Origin: Dehalococcoidia bacterium
Lineage (GTDB): Bacteria; Chloroflexota; Dehalococcoidia; Lucifugimonadales; Lucifugimonadaceae
Assembly (NCBI GenBank): GCA_965204425.1
Contig: OZ241990.1
Coordinates: forward strand, 587,686 to 651,685
DNA length: 64,000 bases
Direction of reading: 5' to 3'
How positions within the stretch are numbered: the first letter of the stretch is position 1; each line of letters opens with the position of its first letter. Below the pieces are notes generated by a model, which saw nothing but the letters and a program-made list of their open reading frames with translations, did no database searches and was not told the origin of the DNA. This document shows, in pieces, positions 9,039-20,670 of this stretch. A program made the position numbers and the translations under genes.

Positions 9039-10193
9039 ATGTCGGTTGTTCTCCTTGCCGCAGGCAGTTCGGCGCGCATGGGAGGTGTCGACAAACTCGA
9101 TCTGGAGATCGGCGATAAGTCGGTAATGTGGCATTCGTTGGAAGTGTTCGACGAATGCGATTCCGTTGAATGCGTCGTGGTCGTCACTCAAGAATCTAAA
9201 ATCGAAACGATTCGGCACGACATCGAATCTCGCCGGTTTTCAAAGCGAATTGAAGTCGTATCAGGTGGTGAGCGCAGACAAGACTCGGTTCGGCGAGGTC
9301 TCGATCAAATCGAACGAATTTCGAATGGATCGGAATTTGTCGCTGTTCATGATGCGGCCCGACCTTTTATCGATCGACAAATGCTGGATAGGGGATTGGC
9401 CGTAGCCCAACGCGTCGGAGCCGCGATCCCAGTCGTTCCATTAACAGACACCGTCAAGCGAATTGAACATGGGATCGTCTCTGATACTCCCGATCGATCC
9501 TCGTTATTCGCTGTTCAAACTCCGCAGATTTTCCGAACCGAAATCCTAATCGCCGCACATGAAACGGTTACTGATGATGTAACCGATGACGCTTCAATGG
9601 TTGAAGTCGCTGGTGGGTTGGTGGGCACATTCGAAGGTGATTACCGCAACATCAAGCTCACGACGCCATCCGACATCGCAATCGCTCGCGCCATCGCTTT
9701 GGATGACAACAACGATTCTGATCAGCGGTACGGCATTGGATTCGATGGACACAAACTCGTTGATGGCGGTCCGCTCAAGCTAGGCGGGTTAGCGATCGAT
9801 TTCGATATGCACCTGCAAGGTCATTCGGACGGGGACGTGTTGATGCATGCTGTGGCGAGTGCGATTCTGGGCGCGGCGGGACTGGGCGATCTCGGTGGCA
9901 ATTTCCCGTCGAACGATCCTCGATACGCAGGAGTTGACAGCGGATCGTTCGTCGCAGAGGCAACTGAGAAAGCCAAGTCGCTTGGTTGGCACGTTGATCA
10001 TCTTGACGCGACGGTCATCGCGCAACGTCCAAGGCTGGCACAGCATGTTCGGCAATTCGAGTCGAACATTGCGGGGGCAGCGGGTGCCGGAACGGACCGA
10101 ATCAACGTCAAAATCACATCGACGGACGAGGTAGGCGCGATTGGTGCAGGAGAAGGGATCGCCGCGCAGGCGATTGCAACGCTTCGTAGGTGA
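9039..10193 (+). CDS. ispDF: bifunctional MEP cytidylyltransferase / MEcPP synthase
   Basis: N-terminal LLAAGSSARMGG (IspD). C-terminal GHSDGDVLMHAVASAILGAAGLGDLG (IspF). An alternative GTG start lies at 9036. Confidence 0.9.
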   Translation: MSVVLLAAGSSARMGGVDKLDLEIGDKSVMWHSLEVFDECDSVECVVVVTQESKIETIRHDIESRRFSKRIEVVSGGERRQDSVRRGLDQIERISNGSEFVAVHDAARPFIDRQMLDRGLAVAQRVGAAIPVVPLTDTVKRIEHGIVSDTPDRSSLFAVQTPQIFRTEILIAAHETVTDDVTDDASMVEVAGGLVGTFEGDYRNIKLTTPSDIAIARAIALDDNNDSDQRYGIGFDGHKLVDGGPLKLGGLAIDFDMHLQGHSDGDVLMHAVASAILGAAGLGDLGGNFPSNDPRYAGVDSGSFVAEATEKAKSLGWHVDHLDATVIAQRPRLAQHVRQFESNIAGAAGAGTDRINVKITSTDEVGAIGAGEGIAAQAIATLRR

Positions 10194-10245
10194 AACGGTG
10201 CGAGTTTAGAATCTCCGGTATCCACGAACCAAAAAACCCGACACA

Positions 10246-11613
10246 ATGCAGCTCTACAACACACTCACGCGCCGAAAAGAAGAGTTCAAGCAGATATCTG
10301 ACCCTGTTCGGATGTATGTGTGCGGTGTCACGACATATGACGAGCCCCACTTGGGACACGCTCTGTCCACGGTTGTGTTCGACGTCTTGCAGTCGTACAT
10401 GCAGTACCGCGGAATAAACGTGAAACGTGTGCAGAACTTCACTGATGTGGATGACAAGATCATCGATCGCGCGGCTGAAAACGACATCGATTGGTTCGAT
10501 CTGACGCAGGAACACGTTGATTCGTTCTTCGAAGCGATGGATGGCCTGAATGTAAAAAGGGCAGACGTCCACCCGCGTGTTACAGAGGAGATGGAAGGAA
10601 TCATCGGTCTCATAGCCGAACTCGTGGAATCTGGTGCTGCTTACGAAGCTGGAGGCTCGGTTTACTACCGCGTACGCCGAAACGAGCGGTACGGCAATTT
10701 AAGCGGCCGCACAGTCGACGGGTACGCTGAATTGGCGCGGTTGGAGCCTGATCTCCTCAAAGAAAATCCCGAAGACTTCGCATTATGGAAGGCTTGGAAG
10801 CCCGGCGAACCGTCTTGGGAAAGCCCCTGGGGACCTGGTAGACCGGGATGGCACATCGAGTGCAGCGCGATGGCGCGGCGCCATCTCGGAGACCAAGTCG
10901 ATATCCACGGTGGCGGGTTAGATCTCGTCTTCCCTCACCACGAGAACGAAGTGGCGCAATCTGAATCGGCGACTGGCGTCGTCCCGTTCGCACGATTCTG
11001 GGTTCACAACGGTTTGCTTAGGATGCGCGGTGACGAGAAGATGTCGAAATCGCTCGGGAACGTCGTAACTGTCCGCCAGGCTCTCGAATCCCATTCGAAC
11101 GATGCGATTCGGTTATGGATCTGCCAAAGCCACTATCGGAGCCCAGCAACTTACGACGAGGAAAACTTGGTCGCTGCCGAACGAGCGGTGCGTAGGCTAC
11201 GGCAAGCCACAGAAATTGAAAACCTGGGTGCGGATTCAGGCGACGTTTACGATGCGGATCACATCAAGCAGCGCTTTATCGAAGCGATGGATGACGATCT
11301 CAACACACCTCGAGCGTTGGCTGCGATCTTCGACTTGACCAGGGAGATCTTCACTCAACAGGCGCAGCGATCCAACATCGGCGAGGCTCAAGCAACTTTA
11401 CGTGAGTTGGTAGGTGTACTCGGTTTGACTTTGCAGGAACCCGACGCTACGGACTCCGGCGACGATGCAGAGATCAAGGCGCTGATTGAGCGACGCACGC
11501 AAGCTCGTGCAGATCGTGATTTCGCGACCGCGGATGAGATTCGAGATCGCCTAGCCGAAATGGGGATTGAGATTTCAGATACGCCCCAGGGAACGACCTG
11601 GCGACGAAACTAG
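10246..11613 (+). CDS. cysS: cysteine--tRNA ligase
   Basis: 455 aa with class I motifs HLGHA and KMSKS. Confidence 0.95.
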   Translation: MQLYNTLTRRKEEFKQISDPVRMYVCGVTTYDEPHLGHALSTVVFDVLQSYMQYRGINVKRVQNFTDVDDKIIDRAAENDIDWFDLTQEHVDSFFEAMDGLNVKRADVHPRVTEEMEGIIGLIAELVESGAAYEAGGSVYYRVRRNERYGNLSGRTVDGYAELARLEPDLLKENPEDFALWKAWKPGEPSWESPWGPGRPGWHIECSAMARRHLGDQVDIHGGGLDLVFPHHENEVAQSESATGVVPFARFWVHNGLLRMRGDEKMSKSLGNVVTVRQALESHSNDAIRLWICQSHYRSPATYDEENLVAAERAVRRLRQATEIENLGADSGDVYDADHIKQRFIEAMDDDLNTPRALAAIFDLTREIFTQQAQRSNIGEAQATLRELVGVLGLTLQEPDATDSGDDAEIKALIERRTQARADRDFATADEIRDRLAEMGIEISDTPQGTTWRRN

Positions 11614-11627
11614 GCGTCCGATGAGCG

Positions 11628-11837
11628 TCAGCTAAATCGAACGTTAGCTATCGCTATCGCAACAAAGACGACGGTCAAGACGATCGTTGCTCTGAACAGC
11701 AGTTTCTCGACGCCTCGACGGACGCGGAATGTGCTCTCCGACTGTCCGAATACGGATGGGTTGTTGCCGCGCGCCTGCAAAAGCAGGACGACGATCAGGA
11801 CGACCGCAAGAATGAGGAGCGATATCTGGAACCACAT
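11628..11837 (-). CDS. secG: preprotein translocase subunit SecG
   Basis: 69 aa. Two TM helices flank a Gly/Ser/Gln loop (LLQARGNNPSVFGQSES). Lies downstream of gatB on the same strand. Confidence 0.7.
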   Translation of the reverse strand: MWFQISLLILAVVLIVVLLLQARGNNPSVFGQSESTFRVRRGVEKLLFRATIVLTVVFVAIAIANVRFS

Positions 11838-11890
11838 ATCTACAAGGTTAATTCAGCGTGACGATCCGACGGCGGTGGGTTGGAACGCGT

Positions 11891-13381
11891 TCAATCGTCC
11901 ATCGCTTCACTCAACATGCGCATAACGACCTGTGCATCGGCTCGCCCTCGGGTTGCTTTCATCACTTGACCCATCAGGAATCGGATAGCGTTCGATTTAC
12001 CCGAACGATAATCGTCGACAGCGGATTGGTTATTGGCCAACACTTCATCGATGATCGGTGTCAATTCATCGGTATCACCGACTGAAGCCAAACCTAGGCG
12101 CTGTATAACCTCTTCGGGGTCGGCAGCATTGTCGAACATCTCGCCGAACACCCGTTTCGCCGAATTGTTGTTGATCTCGCGTTTTTGGAACTTGCGGACC
12201 AAGATAGCCAATGATGCGGGAGTAACCTGCGTTTGATTGACGGTGTGAACGTCGTTCTCGTGCATCAGACGCGCCATCTCGCCGTTTAACCAGTTAGCTG
12301 TTTCTTTAGCGAAATCGGCTTGGTCACGCTCGGATTCACCGGCTACCGATCCCATCACGGTCTCGAAGTACTCCGCCGAAGCTCGAGAGTCGACCAGAAG
12401 CGATGCGTCGTAGTCCGACAGTCCCCACGTCCCCATGAATCGCTGTTTCTTGGGCAGCGGCAGTTCTGGCATCTTCGCTTCGATCTCACCGACCCAATCG
12501 CGACCGATGTGAAGCGGGGGGATGTCGGGTTCTGGGAAATATCGATAGTCGTGCGCATCTTCTTTAGATCGTTGGGTGACGGTCAGTTTCTCTCCATCCA
12601 TCCACCCGCGTGTCTCCTGAACGATTCTCTCGCCGCGTCGAATGGCCGCGACCTGCCGTTCGATTTCGTGTTCCACTGCTTCGCGCACTGCACGCACGCG
12701 GTTCATGTTTTTTACCTCGACTTTTTCGCCGAGCTCCGTGGAGCCAACGGGACGGACACTGATATTAGCGTCGCAACGGAACGATCCCTCCTCCATGTTG
12801 GCCGTACCCACGCCGAGATAGCGGATGATTGCTTGCAACGCAGTTATGTATTCCTCAACCTGTTCCGGTGTCCGCATGTCAGGTTCGGTCACGATTTCCA
12901 TCAGAGGAACGCCTGCACGGTTGATGTCCAGCAAGGAGTGCATAACGCCGCCCGTTGGCGAGTCGATGTGGATCAGTCTCGCGACGTCTTCTTCCATGTG
13001 AACGCGGTTGATGCCGACGCGGCAAGGTTCTTCGGTTGGCAGATCGATCCAACCATCGACACAGATCGGTTCGTCATATTGCGAAATCTGGTAACCCTTC
13101 ATTAGATCGGGATACGTGTACTGCTTACGATCGAATTTGGTAACTTCAGCGATGTCGCAATTGAGGGCGAGACCGATGGTGATCGCAGATTCGACTGCAC
13201 GTTTGTTTACGACGGGCAACGTCCCAGGAAGGGCCATTGAAACAGGGTCGACCAATGTATTGGGAGATGCTCTTTGGTAACCCGCCCCCGACCACGAAAA
13301 CATCTTGCTCTTTGTGTTCAGTTGGACGTGGGTTTCGAGTCCGATTACCGCTTCGAATTTAGTCGCTTCAGTCGTTGTCAT
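11891..13381 (-). CDS. gatB: Asp/Glu-tRNA amidotransferase subunit B
   Basis: 496 aa. Motifs GLETHVQLNTKSKMF..., ...DANISVRP..., and a C-terminal GatB/YqeY domain. Confidence 0.95.
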   Translation of the reverse strand: MTTTEATKFEAVIGLETHVQLNTKSKMFSWSGAGYQRASPNTLVDPVSMALPGTLPVVNKRAVESAITIGLALNCDIAEVTKFDRKQYTYPDLMKGYQISQYDEPICVDGWIDLPTEEPCRVGINRVHMEEDVARLIHIDSPTGGVMHSLLDINRAGVPLMEIVTEPDMRTPEQVEEYITALQAIIRYLGVGTANMEEGSFRCDANISVRPVGSTELGEKVEVKNMNRVRAVREAVEHEIERQVAAIRRGERIVQETRGWMDGEKLTVTQRSKEDAHDYRYFPEPDIPPLHIGRDWVGEIEAKMPELPLPKKQRFMGTWGLSDYDASLLVDSRASAEYFETVMGSVAGESERDQADFAKETANWLNGEMARLMHENDVHTVNQTQVTPASLAILVRKFQKREINNNSAKRVFGEMFDNAADPEEVIQRLGLASVGDTDELTPIIDEVLANNQSAVDDYRSGKSNAIRFLMGQVMKATRGRADAQVVMRMLSEAMDD

Positions 13382-13460
13382 GTGCCGTGTCCCCGATTGC
13401 TGCCAATCGTTTCAATTGTCTATCAACGAGGATCGCAATTCCTCAGACGTCTTTACGCCT

Positions 13461-14150
13461 TCACCACGCCTCAGGGCCAATGAGCGGCACGAAGACGCAT
13501 TCCAAGCCTTCATGGACGTCAAAATCGTCGTCAGTCCGAACCACAGTGCACACCCGTTGGCGTGTGCGTGTACCGACCGGGATCACCATTCGGCCTCCGG
13601 TCTTGAGTTGATTGACAAGTGACGGCGGAACAGCTGGCACCGATGCTCCAACCACGATCCCATCGTAGGGGGCCGCAGGTGGATAGCCCAAGACTTGGTC
13701 GGAAGCCAAAACGACCTCTACGTTATGGAAGCCCAACCGTTTAAGTCGCATTCTCGCGGTATCCGCAAGCTCGCTGATCCGTTCGACAGCAACCACTGTC
13801 TTAACCAATCGCGAAAGTATGGCGGTTTGGTATCCCGACCCGCATCCGACATCAAGAACCCGCTCCGATTGAGAAGATAGCCGTAGTCCCGTGATCATGT
13901 GGGCCACCAGACTTGGTTGAGAGATGGTTTGTCCCTTGCCAATCGACAACGCCCGGTCCTCTTGAGCTCGATTACGGTCTTTTCCTGACACGAACTCTTC
14001 CCGAGGAACACTCAATGTCGCTTCAACGACCTCTGGCGAGATGTCGCGCCTAGATCTAAGGGCTCGTTCGAGCTCGGAATTCTCTTCTGGTGCTCGGTTC
14101 GAGCCGCGTTCACTCCAAACTTCGGCTATGCGTTTCTTGATTTGAAGCAT
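13461..14150 (-). CDS. pcm: protein-L-isoaspartate O-methyltransferase
   Basis: 229 aa. Motifs TISQPSLVAHM, the SAM motif VLDVGCGSGYQTA, and PYDGIVVGASVP. Confidence 0.85.
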   Translation of the reverse strand: MLQIKKRIAEVWSERGSNRAPEENSELERALRSRRDISPEVVEATLSVPREEFVSGKDRNRAQEDRALSIGKGQTISQPSLVAHMITGLRLSSQSERVLDVGCGSGYQTAILSRLVKTVVAVERISELADTARMRLKRLGFHNVEVVLASDQVLGYPPAAPYDGIVVGASVPAVPPSLVNQLKTGGRMVIPVGTRTRQRVCTVVRTDDDFDVHEGLECVFVPLIGPEAW

Positions 14151-14269
14151 TTACAGGCCGTCAAATGGAGGTCTGGATTGGCGTCTAGAAGGTTGGATAA
14201 TGCTAAGGATACGGGGTTGAACGAAACGCAACCGATCCACCCAACAATGGTCGTATGGTGATCATTCAG

Positions 14270-14303
14270 CTATTCCATACCAAACTGGTAAAATTATGGA
14301 TAG
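14270..14303. promoter_or_regulatory. imperfect palindrome upstream of sufB (candidate operator)
   Basis: CTATTCCATA-N15-TATGGATAG in an AT-rich stretch about 120 nt upstream of the proposed sufB start. Confidence 0.25.
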
Positions 14304-14423
14304 AACCTTCTGGGTTGTCTGATTCGTCACCGAGCCCAATTGCGGGCCGATAGAGAGACTGATCGTCGGGCACCCAAAACAATCTCGACTACTGAAGTCG
14401 AATCACTAGGACTGGGAGGCCAA

Positions 14424-15893
<1,470 letters not shown>

Positions 15894-16022
15894 TGAAACC
15901 GCGAAACACTGCTCATTTGATTTATCGGGTAAGACCGTTGGTTGCTGCTCCAAGCACCGTCAAACAATCACTCGCGGAACAATCAATCGCTTCAATTTTG
16001 GACTAACCGCGCGAGAACCTGC

Positions 16023-16775
16023 ATGCTGAAAATCGAAAACCTACACGCCGCTGTCACCGACAGCGAAGAAGAGATTCTCAAAGGGATCGATCTTGAGGTC
16101 AATCCTGGCGAAGTCCATGCCATCATGGGCCCGAACGGCAGCGGCAAGAGCACACTTGCCAACGTTCTTATGGGTAAACCTTCGTACACGGTCACCGAAG
16201 GCGACATCACCGTCGATGGCGAGAGCATCGTCGACCTTATGCCTGACGAGAGGGCGCACTTGGGCCTCTTTCTTGCAATGCAGTATCCGTCTGAAGTACC
16301 CGGGGTCCGACCTTGGCAATTCCTCAAAGCAGCGAAAGACGCGATCGACGATGCGGCCGGGCAGAAGAAGATGTCAGTACGGGAATTTTCGCGACTCTTC
16401 GACGCGAAGGTAGAAGAAGTGGGCGTAAACCCTGAACTGATTAAGCGCTCGCTGAACGAAGGGTTTTCCGGCGGCGAGAAGAAGCGCAACGAGATGCTTC
16501 AGATGCAGGTGTTAAGCCCGCGTATTGCGATCATGGACGAGACGGACTCTGGTCTCGACATCGACGCTCTGCAAGCCGTCGCCGACGGTGTGAACAACAT
16601 GCGCTCACCTGAGCGTTCCTTTGTCATCGTAACGCACTACCAACGACTGTTGCACTACGTCAAACCCGACATTGTCCATGTGCTGGTCAAGGGGAAGATC
16701 GTCGAGACTGGCGACGAAACATTAGCCGAGCAAGTCGAAAAGAACGGCTATCGCGATTACGTCGCGGCGCGATGA
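16023..16775 (+). CDS. sufC: Fe-S cluster assembly ATPase SufC
   Basis: MLKIENLHAAV..., Walker A GPNGSGKST, and the signature NEGFSGGEKKR. The upstream 27 codons of the track ORF look non-native. Confidence 0.95.
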   Translation: MLKIENLHAAVTDSEEEILKGIDLEVNPGEVHAIMGPNGSGKSTLANVLMGKPSYTVTEGDITVDGESIVDLMPDERAHLGLFLAMQYPSEVPGVRPWQFLKAAKDAIDDAAGQKKMSVREFSRLFDAKVEEVGVNPELIKRSLNEGFSGGEKKRNEMLQMQVLSPRIAIMDETDSGLDIDALQAVADGVNNMRSPERSFVIVTHYQRLLHYVKPDIVHVLVKGKIVETGDETLAEQVEKNGYRDYVAAR

Positions 16776-16788
16776 GGTCAGAAAACGT

Positions 16789-18147
16789 ATGACCCTCAAC
16801 GTTGCAAAAATGCCGAGTAATCCCTGCCGGCATTTGGACTTATACCGGCAAGACTGGGAGCAGTTTGTCGCAGCTCAGTCAAGCAATGGTACGGAATCGA
16901 ATCCGACGGACGCACTCCGAGTTGCTGGTTGGCGCGAGTTCGAACGCATCGGATTTCCCGTGCATCGACGTGGCAATGAGCTCTGGAAATATACCGATCT
17001 TCGTGCGCTGGACCGATTGGAATTTCAAATCGGAGCCTCCAAGCCGATTAACCGAGATGAGTTAGAGGAAAGAATTCCGCTTTCCGCGGCATGGTTCAAC
17101 CTCGTGTTCGTTGATGGGAAGTTGGACACGTCTCTTTCCGATCCGGTTGGTGTGCCAAATGTTGTTGATCCTCAATCGGTTTCACGTTTCCAAGGACTCG
17201 GTGAACTGGCTGTTTGCGCCGACAACGCCTTTGTGTCGTTGAATTCGGCTTTCACATCTGAAGGTGTGTTCATCGACGTTCCAGACGGAATGACGGTGGA
17301 CAAACCGCTTCACCTGGTGTTCGCGACGACTGAGCGAAATGATGGCCCTCGAGGAGTCTATCCGCGTGTCGCCGCGTCAATTGGATTGGGCGGAAACGCG
17401 ACTGTCATTGAATCTCACGTTTCAATGTCCGAATCGACTCATATGTCGTTGCCAGTGGTTGAGATTTCACTCGCTCAAAATGCGACGCTCGCTCACTATC
17501 GTGTCCAAATCGAAAATGAAAGTTCTTACCACTTTGCTACAACCAGGGTCGCGCAAGCTTCCGGTTCCAGCTACAAATCGACTTCGTTTACTGTCGGTTC
17601 ATCTATCGGCCGAAACGATGTGTTTACAGGTCTTGATGGTGAGTACGCAGAATCGACGCTGCACGGTGTTTATCTAACTACGAATCGCCAACATCACGAT
17701 AACGAGATCAGCACAACGCACTCCGCTCCGCATTGCACCAGCGACCAGTATTACAAAGGCATTCTGTCAGGGAGTTCCCGTGCCGTGTTCAGCGGCAAAA
17801 TCACCGTAGAGCGCGGCGCGCAGAAGACCGACGCCAACCAGAAAGATCTGAACCTGCTCTTGTCGCACGGGGCCGAGGTTGATACGAAACCGTCGCTAGA
17901 AATCTACGCCGATGATGTGAAATGCGCGCATGGCGCGACCGCTGGCCATGTAGACGAAGACACGCTCTTTTACCTGCAATCACGAGGCGTGGAGTACGAC
18001 ACGGCACAAGCGATGCTGATTCGAGGGTTTGCAGCCGAGATACTCGACGAATTCGAGGATGATGATCTGCGCGAATTCCTCGAACGCAAGCTTGACGAGT
18101 TGATGCCGGCATTGCAGGAAGCATCAGACACAATCGGCACTGCTTAG
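16789..18147 (+). CDS. sufD: Fe-S cluster assembly protein SufD
   Basis: 452 aa. SufB/D beta-helix C-terminal region ...DANQKDLNLLLSHGAEVDTKPSLEIYADDVKCAHGATAG. Confidence 0.85.
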   Translation: MTLNVAKMPSNPCRHLDLYRQDWEQFVAAQSSNGTESNPTDALRVAGWREFERIGFPVHRRGNELWKYTDLRALDRLEFQIGASKPINRDELEERIPLSAAWFNLVFVDGKLDTSLSDPVGVPNVVDPQSVSRFQGLGELAVCADNAFVSLNSAFTSEGVFIDVPDGMTVDKPLHLVFATTERNDGPRGVYPRVAASIGLGGNATVIESHVSMSESTHMSLPVVEISLAQNATLAHYRVQIENESSYHFATTRVAQASGSSYKSTSFTVGSSIGRNDVFTGLDGEYAESTLHGVYLTTNRQHHDNEISTTHSAPHCTSDQYYKGILSGSSRAVFSGKITVERGAQKTDANQKDLNLLLSHGAEVDTKPSLEIYADDVKCAHGATAGHVDEDTLFYLQSRGVEYDTAQAMLIRGFAAEILDEFEDDDLREFLERKLDELMPALQEASDTIGTA

Positions 18148-18215
18148 TCTTGCGGCTAAAATGGTCGCACCGCGTAGGATTGTCGAGCCGAGTGCTCGAC
18201 TAGGAAACATTCCCG

Positions 18216-18668
18216 ATGCGCAGTGGATTTGGACATCTCGACGAAGTTAATCGATACATCGTCGAGGACCACATTCGCAATCCACGCAACTCTGAACCAA
18301 TCACCGACTTCAACGCCGAAGCACAGATCGACAATCCTTTCTGTGGCGACGAAGTGACAGTTCAAGCCCGCATCGACGAAGATCGTGTCGCATCCATCTA
18401 CGTCCTGGGGACTGGTTGCGCTATCACACAGGCCTCCGCTTCGGTCATGGCCGAAGTCGTGGACGGTATGAAGCGCTCCGAGATTGCGGAAATGGCATCG
18501 ACGATGCGTCAAATGCTTGCTGACGGTAAACTACCTCACGGCGAATTATTAGATGCAATCGGTGACGCAGTTGCATTACGTGACGTATCGAAGTTTCCCG
18601 TGCGTATCAAGTGCGCGCTTCTCGCATGGGCAACCCTCGAGGACGCGATCAACAACTACGGCGGCTAG
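18216..18668 (+). CDS. sufU: SufU/IscU-family sulfur-transfer/scaffold protein
   Basis: 150 aa. Motifs NPFCGDEVTV, GTGCAITQASASVMAE, FPVRIKCALLAW. Confidence 0.8.
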   Translation: MRSGFGHLDEVNRYIVEDHIRNPRNSEPITDFNAEAQIDNPFCGDEVTVQARIDEDRVASIYVLGTGCAITQASASVMAEVVDGMKRSEIAEMASTMRQMLADGKLPHGELLDAIGDAVALRDVSKFPVRIKCALLAWATLEDAINNYGG

Positions 18669-18669
18669 T

Positions 18670-20670
18670 TCAGCCTCGGATCCGTTCACCGAGCCATAGG
18701 CGCGTCAACCAAAACGAATCCGCTCGGAAGGTGTTCGGAGCAACGTTTCGCAGGTGTGACCACCATAGCCAGTGCGAAACCTGGGCACCGGCCATGAACA
18801 TGTATGCACCACGGAAGATTTCACGTTGAATCTCCAACATCAACTCTCGCCTCGCAATCGGATCCACCTCCGAAACTTGCAGGGCGATCAGATCATCCAA
18901 TTCAGGTGTTGAATAGCCTGTCGTATTCCAAGGTCCTGCGGAGTGATAGACGGCTAGAAGTCGAGAACTTGCGCTGCTTTGGGGCGGGGGAGCACCAACA
19001 TAGATGTCGTATCCGCCGTACAACCAAATGTCTTCCGCAAAGTCGCGCGTCGAAACTGCTTCTACGGAAGCTATCAAACCCAATCTTTGGATCGCATCGG
19101 CGAGCGACACGGCCGTATCCAGATAAGCGTCGCCAAATTCACCTACGCTGATTTTCAGGATTATTCCTCGAGGTAGGCGCAAACCATCTAACAGATTGGA
19201 CAGCTCCGACCGATCATTGAAGTATGTTTCGATCTCAGTGGATGTTAGTAGCCAGCTGGGATCGTTCAATGGCAAGCCTGCGCTGACAAACGACTGCCCG
19301 GAGTGAATATCGTCGATTAACCCGACCGGATCCCACGAGTACATAATCGCCGAGCGCAAAGTCGTCGACTCAAGTGCCCACTTGGTTGTGTTGAATGCAA
19401 CCTCGACACCGGCGGCGGGATCATGTGTGCTTGTCCAACGCAGGTCGGAGAATCGCTCGACGGCCGCGGCCAAATCGGCGACATCTGGTTGAATGAAGTC
19501 GAGCTGGCCGGTCCTTAACGAAACGACTCGGGTTCTAGAATCCTCGATAATCGCGACATCGATGCCGTCGAGCAACGGCAATCCAGGAATGAAATACTGG
19601 TCGTTCCCCCGGTATCGCATCCTGTCCGCGTCGAATGATTCGAGAACCCATGGGCCGGTTCCAATTGTCGGTCCTTGTGTGAGATCGCCTGCGAAGTTGA
19701 CGACTTCGGGAGCGACGATCGCTGTCCTGGCGTCGGCAAGCTTATCGAAAATCTCGGCGTCCGGAACCATAAGGTCGATTTCAACCGTGTCGTCACCTAC
19801 GGACCGGATATCCGCCACGGTGTTGACCAGATGCGAATTAGCAAGGGTAGGGTCATTTAACCGGTCAAGGCTATAGACCACATCGTCGGCGGTTAGGGTC
19901 CGATCTAACCCCGGGTTAGTCTCGTGCCACTCAACTCCTGATCTGATCTTGATCGACAACGTGAGATCGTCATTGAGTTCCCAATAATTGCAGATGTCGC
20001 AGATGATTTCGTATGCAGATGCGGATTTTCGAGGGTCGTACCGGGATACCAAAGCATCAGTGCCGTAATTGGGCTCTTCAGGTTCGATCCATCGGTAGCG
20101 GAAAATCCGTGAGTAAACGATACCCGGCCCCCAAGCCGCCAATACTGGGGAAACAGATTTGTGAACATCCTGGTGGGAAGGCGCGATCGGGATCGCAGTC
20201 TTTAGCATCCCGCCGCGATCACCTGAAACCGTAACCGGACGGACGGGCGCAGGAGTCACGGGTACAGGAGATGTGGTGATTGTCGGAACGGAGGTGGGCG
20301 TGTCCGTAGGTGGAATGGGCGTTGGCGGTAAGGGCGTCGGCGTTGAAGTTGGTGGGGATATCGTCGCTGTCGGTTCAGGCGGTTGCGTCGGAGGGATCGG
20401 CGTTAATGTCGGCAGAACTTCGGTTGGCGTCGCTGTTGGCGGCTGGACCTTTACCGTTGGCTTCGCAGTAGCCGTAGGAGGAACAGGAGTCACAGTTGGT
20501 ATCGGCGTCGCTTCGACGACGGCAACCGAGGTTGACGTAGGTTGTGGAGTGCTAGTCGGCGCGAATGTCGGTACAGGCGTGGGTTCCTCTGATTGGCACG
20601 CAAGTGCGGTCAGGGTCACGCAAGCAATAATGCAGACCAATGCAGCACGCGGCAGTTTCGCTAGGGTCAC
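18670..20670 (-). CDS. family-5 (peptide/oligosaccharide type) ABC solute-binding lipoprotein; orphan, with no permease nearby
   Basis: 666 aa. Signal peptide plus lipobox LTALAC. A long Pro/Thr linker is followed by an SBP_bac_5-like body. The GTG start overlaps the upstream epimerase stop as GTGA. Confidence 0.8.
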   Translation of the reverse strand: MTLAKLPRAALVCIIACVTLTALACQSEEPTPVPTFAPTSTPQPTSTSVAVVEATPIPTVTPVPPTATAKPTVKVQPPTATPTEVLPTLTPIPPTQPPEPTATISPPTSTPTPLPPTPIPPTDTPTSVPTITTSPVPVTPAPVRPVTVSGDRGGMLKTAIPIAPSHQDVHKSVSPVLAAWGPGIVYSRIFRYRWIEPEEPNYGTDALVSRYDPRKSASAYEIICDICNYWELNDDLTLSIKIRSGVEWHETNPGLDRTLTADDVVYSLDRLNDPTLANSHLVNTVADIRSVGDDTVEIDLMVPDAEIFDKLADARTAIVAPEVVNFAGDLTQGPTIGTGPWVLESFDADRMRYRGNDQYFIPGLPLLDGIDVAIIEDSRTRVVSLRTGQLDFIQPDVADLAAAVERFSDLRWTSTHDPAAGVEVAFNTTKWALESTTLRSAIMYSWDPVGLIDDIHSGQSFVSAGLPLNDPSWLLTSTEIETYFNDRSELSNLLDGLRLPRGIILKISVGEFGDAYLDTAVSLADAIQRLGLIASVEAVSTRDFAEDIWLYGGYDIYVGAPPPQSSASSRLLAVYHSAGPWNTTGYSTPELDDLIALQVSEVDPIARRELMLEIQREIFRGAYMFMAGAQVSHWLWWSHLRNVAPNTFRADSFWLTRLWLGERIRG
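20221..20592 (-). repeat. coding low-complexity Pro/Thr-rich linker (about 125 aa) of the lipoprotein SBP
   Basis: EEPTPVPTFAPTSTPQPTSTS...TPTPLPPTPIPPTDTPTSVPTITTSPVPVTPAPVRPV. Confidence 0.8.

Noticed and set aside
10194-10245. T-box or other leader upstream of cysS, and upstream of glyQS at 52962-53088
   Set aside because: The gaps are 52 and 127 nt, too short for a T-box leader. No specifier/terminator architecture is visible.
12320-13105. 261-aa plus-strand ORF inside gatB. Similar long antisense ORFs occur at 1973-2719, 5034-5759, 7352-8092, 28935-29666, 52323-53018, 54305-54946 and 55461-56069.
   Set aside because: All lie opposite genes with unambiguous conserved motifs. They have low-complexity Arg/Ser/His-rich composition. 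There is no evidence for overlapping coding.
20221-20592. Repetitive DNA that might be taken for a CRISPR array or non-coding tandem repeat
   Set aside because: It is in frame within the SBP gene and encodes a Pro/Thr linker. It has no repeat-spacer architecture. The same holds for 46304-46471.
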